Below, piece after piece: positions 56,684 through 64,000 of a stretch of DNA of 64,000 bases. The notes below the pieces were generated by a model. It did not search any database and had not been told where the DNA came from. It worked only from the letters and a program-made list of their open reading frames with translations. Source of the stretch: Klebsiella phage 05F01; the sequence record LC483177.1, one strand, 5' to 3'. Every line of letters starts with the position of its first letter. Position 1 is the first letter of the stretch. Made by a program: the position numbers and the translations under genes.

Positions 56684-57763
56684 TTGTCAGCTATAAATTT
56701 TGATAATAAGAATTATGAAAGTGGTAAATACCCATTATTTTTAGGTGAAGATTTAGGTTTGTATGATACAATCAATATTACATATAACAGTATTGAGAAA
56801 AATTACCTTAAGCAACGTGCTCAGATGTGGGCTGAAACTGAAGTTAGTTTAGACCAGTCTCGTAAGGACTTTGCTACCTGTTCTGAAAATAACTACAATG
56901 TAATGATCAAGAACTTGTCCTATCAATGGAGTGCAGATTCATTGGCAAAATCTATTATTGCATTATTCAGCCCTTTCATTTCCAATAATGAACTGGCGGG
57001 GGGCTTTATGTTCCAAAGTGCAATGGAAATCATTCACTCAAGAACATACTCTGAAATTATTCGTCAGTGTATTAAAGATCCACAAGAGATTTTTACTGAG
57101 ATCCGAGCTAACAGTAACATCTTTGATAGGATGGAAACTGTTGAAAAAGCCTTCTCAGAACTAAAAAAAGCAGGGCATGAATATTCTTTAGGCATGATTG
57201 AGGTAAATGACAACCTTCGCCTTATTATTCTCAAAGGTGTATTTGCACTACTGGCACTTGAAGGTATCCAGTTTATGTCTTCATTCTCTGCAACATTTGC
57301 AATGGGTGAACAACAACTCTTTGTAGGCGCTTGTAAGCTTATTTCTAAAATAATGCTTGACGAGATACTGCATTCTCAGTTAGACTTAGACATCATTGAG
57401 AGTTTACTTAAAGAACCAGAATGGAAACGTGTTTATGATAATAACTCTGGTGAATTAAAAGCAATTCTTGATGAAGTTGTAAAATCAGAGGAACAATGGG
57501 CAGATTATTTGTTCTCTGAAGGACGTGTTGTGCTTGGTTTGAATGCTCCACTAATGAAAGAGTGGCTATGGCATAATGCATCTCCAATTTATCGTCGTCT
57601 GAAACTTCCTTACGATTTTCCTGCTACGTCAAAAAATCCACTGCCTTGGATGGATAAATGGATGAACCCAGATAAAGTTCAGACTGCTAATATGGAGATA
57701 CAAAAGACTGAGTATAAACTTAATGTTTCTTCTACAGATATTGATGAGGAGTTTGATTTCTAA
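56684..57763 (+). CDS. nrdB: ribonucleotide reductase small subunit NrdB
   Basis: 359 aa with di-iron ligand helices (EIIHSRTYSEII). TTG start preceded by AAGGAGG. Confidence 0.85.
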   Translation: MSAINFDNKNYESGKYPLFLGEDLGLYDTINITYNSIEKNYLKQRAQMWAETEVSLDQSRKDFATCSENNYNVMIKNLSYQWSADSLAKSIIALFSPFISNNELAGGFMFQSAMEIIHSRTYSEIIRQCIKDPQEIFTEIRANSNIFDRMETVEKAFSELKKAGHEYSLGMIEVNDNLRLIILKGVFALLALEGIQFMSSFSATFAMGEQQLFVGACKLISKIMLDEILHSQLDLDIIESLLKEPEWKRVYDNNSGELKAILDEVVKSEEQWADYLFSEGRVVLGLNAPLMKEWLWHNASPIYRRLKLPYDFPATSKNPLPWMDKWMNPDKVQTANMEIQKTEYKLNVSSTDIDEEFDF

Positions 57764-57936
57764 TGCAAAATGTATACTTTTTAAATAAAAAAGATTTTTA
57801 TGAGAAACTCTTGGAGTTTAACTTTAAAAGTTTTATTTATAGCAATGAAGTAAATCTGCAAAGAATTTCTAATGCAGGGAATAAAAGAACACTGCTAGTA
57901 AATGGCACTCTTTACATAGAGAATGAGGAAGAGTAA

Positions 57937-58161
57937 ATGGAAGCAATGATAAGTAGTCAGAAAAGTATCAGGTTAGGGGGTTTAGCTTATATGCTGCTGG
58001 AAACAGCAGCTAAAGAAAAATGCCCTTTTGCATATAAAGAGAATATTAAATCATTCGAGTCACAACCTGATTCTTTCACTTTCTGTGGTGTGATCTATGT
58101 TAAAGAGGAAGAGAAGTCTTTATTCAATTCAGTAAAAAGTATTTGGGAGAGCTATTCTTGA
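57937..58161 (+). CDS. hypothetical small protein
   Basis: 74-aa ORF immediately upstream of rmlB. Confidence 0.3.
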   Translation: MEAMISSQKSIRLGGLAYMLLETAAKEKCPFAYKENIKSFESQPDSFTFCGVIYVKEEEKSLFNSVKSIWESYS

Positions 58162-59141
58162 GATATCTTATTACAGGAGGATTAGGTTTCATAGGAAGTG
58201 CTGTAGTTAGAAAACTACTTGAAAGTAAGGATAATGTAGTAGGAATTATTGATTCAGAAACCTATGCGGCAGATAGCAGAAATGTTCCACTATTCTTTGT
58301 AGATTATTTTAATGTTGACTTATCTAACAAAGATGATGTAAATTCTGTTGTTAAAGAATTTAATCCAGATTATGTAATGCACCTTGCTGCGGAGAGTCAT
58401 GTAGATAATTCAATAAAGTCACCTTCATTGTTTATTGAATCTAATATCATAGGTACTTTTAATCTACTAGAGGCTGTCCGTTTCTACGCACCCAATTTAA
58501 TTAAATTCCATCACATTTCTACCGATGAAGTGTATGGAGACCTTAGTGACAGAGAAGAACTGAATTCACTGTTTAAGGAGACAGATGCATATGATCCTAG
58601 CAGCCCTTACTCTGCTTCGAAAGCAGCAAGTGACCATCTGGTGAGGGCATGGCACCGAACTTACGGTTTACCTACGGTAATCACCAATTGTTCAAATAAC
58701 TATGGACCATATCATCACCCGGAGAAGCTGATTCCACGTGTAATCACAAATGCTCTTTTGGGTAAGGAAATTCCTATCTATGGTGCAGGTAGTCAAATTC
58801 GTGATTGGCTCTATGTAGAAGACCATGCAAAGGCACTGATTACTGCCGTAATGAATGCTGTTCCTGGTAGCACCTATAATATAGGTGGACATAACGAAAG
58901 GTCTAACTTACGTGTAGTAGAAATAATTCTTAATCTCCTTAAAGATAAGACAGGCAAAGACTACACTCACTTAATTAAATACGTTACAGATCGTCCTGGT
59001 CATGATTTAAGGTATGCTATTGATGCCACCAAGATTGGTGATGAATTAGGTTGGCATCCAGAAGAAACTTTTGAATCTGGTATTGATAAAACAGTAACAT
59101 GGTATCTTGAAAATAGAGAATGGTGGGAGGGCAAGATTTGA
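58158..59141 (+). CDS. rmlB: dTDP-glucose 4,6-dehydratase RmlB
   Basis: GGLGFIGS Rossmann motif and YSASK catalytic motif. Likely TTG start at 58158 (the ORF track opens at 58143). Confidence 0.85.
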   Translation: MRYLITGGLGFIGSAVVRKLLESKDNVVGIIDSETYAADSRNVPLFFVDYFNVDLSNKDDVNSVVKEFNPDYVMHLAAESHVDNSIKSPSLFIESNIIGTFNLLEAVRFYAPNLIKFHHISTDEVYGDLSDREELNSLFKETDAYDPSSPYSASKAASDHLVRAWHRTYGLPTVITNCSNNYGPYHHPEKLIPRVITNALLGKEIPIYGAGSQIRDWLYVEDHAKALITAVMNAVPGSTYNIGGHNERSNLRVVEIILNLLKDKTGKDYTHLIKYVTDRPGHDLRYAIDATKIGDELGWHPEETFESGIDKTVTWYLENREWWEGKI

Positions 59142-60004
59142 AAGGTATTATTTTAGCTGGCGGGAGTGGTACCCGCCTATACCCAATAACAAAAGGTGTA
59201 AGTAAACAGCTACTACCAATTTATGATAAGCCAATGATTTACTACCCACTATCAGTTCTTATGTTAGCTGATATTAGAGAAATTCTAATTATTACAACTA
59301 GAGAAGATCAAGATAACTTCGTATCATTGCTAGGGGATGGCAGCAGCATAGGTATTAGTCTATCTTATGCTATTCAAGACCAACCTAAAGGTTTAGCTGA
59401 AGCTTTCATTATTGGTGAGGACTTTATTGACGGAGATGATGTTGCACTTGTATTAGGTGACAACCTCTTTTTCGGTCAAGGTTTTAGTAGCAAGCTGAAT
59501 AGAGCTAAAGACTTAGTTAGTCACTCTGGAGGTGCTGTTTTATTTGGTTATGAAGTAAAAGACCCTGAAAGATTTGGTGTAGTAGAGTTTAAAGGTAATG
59601 AGGTAATTAGCATTGAGGAAAAACCTGCCAATCCTAAGTCTAATTGTGCAGTAACAGGACTATATTTTTATGACCACACTGTAGTGGAAAAAGCAAAAAG
59701 TATTTCTCCATCCATCCGGGGTGAACTTGAGATCACTGACATCAATAATCTATACTTAATTGATGAAAATCTCTCAGTAGAGGTATTAGGGAGAGGTTTT
59801 GCATGGTTAGACACAGGCACCCATGAGAGTATGTTAGATGCATCACAATTTGTTAGAACAATACAAAAGCAACAAGGTATGTATGTCGCATGTTTAGAGG
59901 AGATTGCGTATAAAAAGGGCTGGATAGGTAAGAAAACTCTTTTAGAGATATCTAAATCTATGTTAAAGAATGACTATGGACAATACATTATGGAGCTAAT
60001 ATGA
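59120..60004 (+). CDS. rmlA: glucose-1-phosphate thymidylyltransferase RmlA
   Basis: [16 protein letters not shown] signature; 294 aa. Confidence 0.9.
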   Translation: MVGGQDLKGIILAGGSGTRLYPITKGVSKQLLPIYDKPMIYYPLSVLMLADIREILIITTREDQDNFVSLLGDGSSIGISLSYAIQDQPKGLAEAFIIGEDFIDGDDVALVLGDNLFFGQGFSSKLNRAKDLVSHSGGAVLFGYEVKDPERFGVVEFKGNEVISIEEKPANPKSNCAVTGLYFYDHTVVEKAKSISPSIRGELEITDINNLYLIDENLSVEVLGRGFAWLDTGTHESMLDASQFVRTIQKQQGMYVACLEEIAYKKGWIGKKTLLEISKSMLKNDYGQYIMELI

Positions 60005-60576
60005 TGATTCAAAATGCAGGTGCAGATGGACTATATGTCATTACACCTGATGTTTTTAAAGACTCACGAGGATATTTTCTAGAGACAAGTAATAATATCA
60101 CATATAAAGATATTCTCAATGGAGAGTCTTTTGTTCAGAGTAATGCATCCCTTTCTAAGAAAGGGGTGTTACGTGGGCTACATTATCAAACTAAAAATGT
60201 TCAAGGTAAGTTGGTTTCTGTTAGCAATGGTTCTGTTATAGATGTGGTGGTAGACTTAAGAAAAGAGTCAGATACTTATCTTAAGTACTTTACTCAGTTC
60301 CTTTCATCTGATAATAACTTACAATTTTATGTCCCACCAGGTTTTGCTCATGGATTTGTATCTCTTGAAGAAAATACAAGGTTTGAATATAAATGCACAG
60401 ACTACTACGCACCAAAGAGTGAAAAAACATTGTTGTGGTCTGACTCTGATATAGGTATAGATTGGGATAGTATTCTATATGAATTCAACCTTGACTATTT
60501 CATCCTCTCAGATAAAGACCAAAGAGGACTAACTCTTAAGGAGATTTTGATTGAAAATCCTAGTATTTGGGGCTAA
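60001..60576 (+). CDS. rmlC: dTDP-4-dehydrorhamnose 3,5-epimerase RmlC
   Basis: 191-aa cupin-type epimerase positioned between rmlA and rmlD. Confidence 0.7.
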   Translation: MMIQNAGADGLYVITPDVFKDSRGYFLETSNNITYKDILNGESFVQSNASLSKKGVLRGLHYQTKNVQGKLVSVSNGSVIDVVVDLRKESDTYLKYFTQFLSSDNNLQFYVPPGFAHGFVSLEENTRFEYKCTDYYAPKSEKTLLWSDSDIGIDWDSILYEFNLDYFILSDKDQRGLTLKEILIENPSIWG

Positions 60577-61360
60577 TGGTCAACTTGGAAGTATCTTTTG
60601 TGAAAAATACAGAGATCTGTCTGTCCCTTTAACATCAAAAGATGTTGACATAACTAACTACAATGATGTAAGATATGCACTATTAAACATTAAGCCTGAT
60701 ATTGTCATTAACTGTGCTGCATACACTGATGTAGCTAAAGCAGAAGTTGATTTAGACTTGGCTTACAATGTAAATGCTACTGGTGCTTATTCTATATCAT
60801 CAATCTCTAAAGAGATTTCAGCAAAAGTTATCCACATATCTACAGATTATGTATATAATCAAGATGGCCCTATCTATGTAGGTGATAAAACAAACCCAAT
60901 AAATAATTATGGTAAGACAAAGTTAGATGGGGACAAATTAGTATCCTATGCAGATAAGAATAACTTAGTGATAAGAACCGGTTCATTATTTTCTGACAGA
61001 GGTAAAAATTTCATTCTAACTTTGATAAATGCATATAAAAATGGCAAGATGGATTTTGATATTGTTGATGATATGTTATCAAGACCTACATCTGCATTTG
61101 ATCTAGCTGATGTAATCTATAAAAATAGGGATTTATCTGGGACAGTTCATTTTTCAGGGGACACATTAATATCATGGTATGACTATGCTAAATTGATATT
61201 TAAATTTGACCCATTAGTTAAGATTAATGCCGTAAAATCTGCTGAATCAAAAGTAAAAAGACCAATGGTATCTGACCTCATTTCTACACCTATCTTTGAT
61301 GTATCTGATTTTAAATATAATCTAGAAAAAACACTAACACTACTTGGAGTATCTAAATGA
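60551..61360 (+). CDS. rmlD: dTDP-4-dehydrorhamnose reductase RmlD
   Basis: [13 protein letters not shown] Rossmann N-terminus and NCAAYTDV motif; 269 aa. Confidence 0.75.
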   Translation: MKILVFGANGQLGSIFCEKYRDLSVPLTSKDVDITNYNDVRYALLNIKPDIVINCAAYTDVAKAEVDLDLAYNVNATGAYSISSISKEISAKVIHISTDYVYNQDGPIYVGDKTNPINNYGKTKLDGDKLVSYADKNNLVIRTGSLFSDRGKNFILTLINAYKNGKMDFDIVDDMLSRPTSAFDLADVIYKNRDLSGTVHFSGDTLISWYDYAKLIFKFDPLVKINAVKSAESKVKRPMVSDLISTPIFDVSDFKYNLEKTLTLLGVSK

Positions 61361-61581
61361 TCACTATTTATGGAAAAGAAGATTGCCCTTATTGTGAGGC
61401 AGCACAAATGTTAATGGAAGCACGTGGACTGGATTTCGAATATAAAGATATGAAATCTGATCCAGAAGTATTTGATGAAGTGACTAAACGCCTTGGTGGC
61501 ATTCCTCCACGACTCGCACCTCAAATTTTTGATGGTGAGGTTTATGTTGGTGGATTTGATAAAGCAAAAGACTACTTTTAA
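61357..61581 (+). CDS. glutaredoxin / NrdH-like redoxin
   Basis: CPYC active site in a 74-aa thioredoxin-fold-sized protein. Confidence 0.75.
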   Translation: MITIYGKEDCPYCEAAQMLMEARGLDFEYKDMKSDPEVFDEVTKRLGGIPPRLAPQIFDGEVYVGGFDKAKDYF

Positions 61582-61591
61582 GGAGATAAAA

Positions 61592-61735
61592 ATGAAAACT
61601 AAACAGAAACGTAAAATGTATAACCGTGCTCTTAGTTCAGAACTGAAAGCTAAAACCAACAAAACACGTAAACCACGTAAGATTTCTCCTGAACATGCAC
61701 TTTTCGATTTAATTGATAACGGAACAGAGGACTAA
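61592..61735 (+). CDS. small Lys/Arg-rich protein
   Basis: 47-aa ORF with an AGGAG RBS 7 nt upstream. Not in the ORF track; the overlapping track ORF 61493-61735 is probably an over-extension. Confidence 0.3.
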   Translation: MKTKQKRKMYNRALSSELKAKTNKTRKPRKISPEHALFDLIDNGTED

Positions 61736-62317
61736 TTGAGTATAACAGAAGACCAGTATAAAAAGGCTGCTAGTGACCTTGGGGTTTCAGTAGCCGCAAT
61801 TAAAGCAGTTGCAGAGGTTGAATCTAATGGTAGTGGATTTATTGCCTCTACAGGACAACCAAAGATACTTTTTGAACGTCATATCATGTATAAGCAGCTT
61901 GTTAAAAACGGACTGCAAGCAGTAGCTGATGAAGCACTGAAAACACACCCTACAGTGGTTAATAAAACAGCAGGTGGGTATAAAGGAGGTGTTAATGAGT
62001 GGCTTCGCCTAGATGAAGCAGTTGACTTGGACCGCAAATCTGCGCTAGAGTCCTGTTCATGGGGAGCATTTCAAATCATGGGATTCTACTGGAAAACCTT
62101 GGGATACTCTTCTATACAAGACCTTGTTAATGCAGCTTATAGTGGTGATGCAGGTCAACTTGATATGTTTGTAAGATTTATCAAAGCAAACCCAGGGATT
62201 GTAAAGGCTATGAAGAATCTTGATTGGGCGAGCGTAGCCAAGCAGTATAACGGTGTTAACTATGCTAAAAACAAGTATGATGTTAAATTACGTGATGCTT
62301 ATAAAAAATATAGTTGA
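61736..62317 (+). CDS. putative endolysin (N-acetylmuramidase-like peptidoglycan hydrolase)
   Basis: 193 aa with an EVESNGSGF ... ILFERH ... WGAFQIMGFYWK pattern like DUF3380-type muramidases. TTG start. Confidence 0.5.
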   Translation: MSITEDQYKKAASDLGVSVAAIKAVAEVESNGSGFIASTGQPKILFERHIMYKQLVKNGLQAVADEALKTHPTVVNKTAGGYKGGVNEWLRLDEAVDLDRKSALESCSWGAFQIMGFYWKTLGYSSIQDLVNAAYSGDAGQLDMFVRFIKANPGIVKAMKNLDWASVAKQYNGVNYAKNKYDVKLRDAYKKYS

Positions 62318-62342
62318 CAAACAGACTAGAATTATGTAATAT
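62314..62342 (+). promoter_or_regulatory. promoter TTGACA-N17-TAATAT
   Basis: TTGACAAACAGACTAGAATTATGTAATAT upstream of phoH. Confidence 0.5.
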
Positions 62343-62345
62343 CAA

Positions 62346-62368
62346 GACTCACCGCTTAATGGTGAGTC
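62346..62368 (+). promoter_or_regulatory. inverted repeat GACTCACC-N7-GGTGAGTC at the transcription start (operator or 5-prime stem-loop)
   Basis: 8-bp perfect stem beginning 4 nt after the -10 element and ending 3 nt before the AAGGAGAG RBS. Confidence 0.4.
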
Positions 62369-62384
62369 TATAAGGAGAGAACAT

Positions 62385-63137
62385 ATGCCAAGCAGCAAAG
62401 TCCGTAGCAACAAACGTCGGGAAAAATTTAATTCAGAAGAATCAATTCGTGAGAGCCGTTACTCACAAAAATTTGGGCTTGAAACATCAGATTATAAACT
62501 GAATGATTTCACTCCTACGGAAGAGCAGCAAGCTATAGTTCAGAGTATGGTTTGGAATGACTTGACAGTAATCAATGGCCCGGCAGGTGTAGGTAAAACT
62601 ACAGCAGCACTGTGGAAAGCATTAAAAATGCTTCGTGAAGGGGATTTCCGTCGCTTAATCTTTATTAAGAATCCAAGCGAGGTCGGGGATGATGCTATTG
62701 GATTCCTTTCTGGAGATAAAAACGAAAAACTGACTGCACACTATGAATCTACTAAGCGTATTTTTCATACTTTCATGGCACCTAACAAACTTGAGAATGA
62801 CATTAAGTCAATGAAGATTGAATTGACTATCCCTAACTATGCACTTGGGGCTACTTGGGATAATGCCATCATCCTTATTGATGAAGCACAGCTTATGTCA
62901 CCTAATACTATTAAGCTACTTCTTGAACGAACTGGTGCAAATAGTCGTGTAGTTCTGATGGGTGATGTTAAACAAGTATACTCTATCAAAAAACGTGACA
63001 ATGGTTTATCTGATTTAATGAGCAAAATTTTGGATGAGAATGGTAACCCTATTGAAGACTTTGTTGGGTATATCAAGCTTTCTACTAAAGATAACCAGCG
63101 ATCACGTCTGTCGCAATACATTACTGAGATTTACTAA
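62385..63137 (+). CDS. phoH: PhoH-like ATPase
   Basis: Walker A GPAGVGKTT and Walker B ILIDEAQ; 250 aa. Confidence 0.85.
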   Translation: MPSSKVRSNKRREKFNSEESIRESRYSQKFGLETSDYKLNDFTPTEEQQAIVQSMVWNDLTVINGPAGVGKTTAALWKALKMLREGDFRRLIFIKNPSEVGDDAIGFLSGDKNEKLTAHYESTKRIFHTFMAPNKLENDIKSMKIELTIPNYALGATWDNAIILIDEAQLMSPNTIKLLLERTGANSRVVLMGDVKQVYSIKKRDNGLSDLMSKILDENGNPIEDFVGYIKLSTKDNQRSRLSQYITEIY

Positions 63138-63178
63138 TAATAAAATTAGCCAAGGAAGGCTATATAATAGGAGAGATT

Positions 63179-63679
63179 ATGGGGCAACAATTAGTAGAGA
63201 TTGATTATGCTGGAATTGATAGTGCATATGCATCAGGTGTAGTCAAACCTAACGAGTATCGTCAGATTGTTTCAAATATTGTAGAAAAAGAAGTCTTACT
63301 TAGAAAAGAATCTTTATCTACTATTCAAAAATATAAGATGTTCTTTTCAGTTTTAGTCGGTAAAAACTTCTTTGAAGAATTCTATACCAAACAAACATCA
63401 GAAAATTCACTAACCGAAGCTATTATAACTATCGCATCTAATGAACCAGAAAAGTTATTAATTGACGAAGAAGAATCGAAATACCTATTCCTTAGTGATG
63501 TATTTTATAAGAAAGCAGTTTTAGTTCGTGATTGTAGTGATGTACATAAAAGCGAATATAATATTAATAAATCAAAGATGTTCGTGGATAAGCCAACTCT
63601 TCGTGCTATAGAATATTTAAATAAATATGCAGCATCGGGCAGAATGTTAATTAACCTTTTTGAAGGGGGGAAAGTATGA
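63179..63679 (+). CDS. hypothetical protein
   Basis: 166 aa with a GGAG RBS. Confidence 0.3.
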   Translation: MGQQLVEIDYAGIDSAYASGVVKPNEYRQIVSNIVEKEVLLRKESLSTIQKYKMFFSVLVGKNFFEEFYTKQTSENSLTEAIITIASNEPEKLLIDEEESKYLFLSDVFYKKAVLVRDCSDVHKSEYNINKSKMFVDKPTLRAIEYLNKYAASGRMLINLFEGGKV

Positions 63680-64000
63680 CAACAATTATCGCAACTCGCA
63701 CAAAGATCCTTAGTGATGGTAAAGTCACTGTAGGTAGTCGTATTGACAGTGTTGATACAAAGAAGGTTCGTAATGTTTCTGGATATCTTATTGGTGGGGC
63801 AGGTCGTTATTCATCTATTCTAACATTCTTTGATTGGTATCAACAAAACCTCTTATGTCAAGATGCTCAGTCTATGATTCCTGGTTTATCTATTATGGAT
63901 GACAGCAAAGAAGATGAGCAATTCACTGCTTTAGTAGTTCATCCAGACGGAGTTATCTATTTACATGAAGGAAGTAATCCTTCCCGTGCATATCCACTAG
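63676..64000 (+). CDS. hypothetical protein, 3-prime end outside the window
   Basis: ATG at 63676 overlapping the upstream stop (ATGA). Open to the window edge. Confidence 0.35.
   Translation, partial: MTTIIATRTKILSDGKVTVGSRIDSVDTKKVRNVSGYLIGGAGRYSSILTFFDWYQQNLLCQDAQSMIPGLSIMDDSKEDEQFTALVVHPDGVIYLHEGSNPSRAYPL

Noticed and set aside
1-64000. CRISPR arrays, integrase/attachment sites, transposases
   Set aside because: No regularly spaced direct repeats, no tyrosine or serine recombinase motifs, and no IS-like inverted repeats were seen. The gene content is that of a strictly lytic phage.

Overview
This window appears to be part of a virulent myovirus genome, with a structural gene set and tRNA array resembling Felix O1-type phages. 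GC is low overall (~36-40%) and visibly higher in the major virion genes.

Coordinates 583-39040 are almost entirely minus-strand: three large tail-fibre/tailspike genes, baseplate genes in P2/Mu-like order, tape measure, tail chaperones, tube, sheath, neck proteins, major capsid, scaffold, portal, large terminase, an overlapping spanin pair, a 17-member tRNA array, and an NAD+ salvage pair (nicotinamide phosphoribosyltransferase plus PRPP synthetase).

A 450-bp AT-rich divergent control region lies at 39040-39483. From 39484 to the window end, early/metabolic genes run on the plus strand: many small ORFs, a metallophosphoesterase, two MazG-like pyrophosphatases, DNA ligase, RdgC, RNase H/flap endonuclease, a DEDDh exonuclease, HNH endonucleases, a HAD nucleotidase, ThyX, NrdA/NrdB, a complete dTDP-L-rhamnose pathway (rmlBACD) with glutaredoxin, a putative endolysin and PhoH.

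The most notable points are a 158-aa mini-intein splitting the Walker A loop of the large terminase; the Nampt+Prs NAD+ reconstitution (anti-defence-like) module; the phage-borne rml operon; several structurally aberrant tRNA or tRNA-like genes; and a recurring TTGACA-N17-TAnnAT promoter set, often followed by a hairpin.
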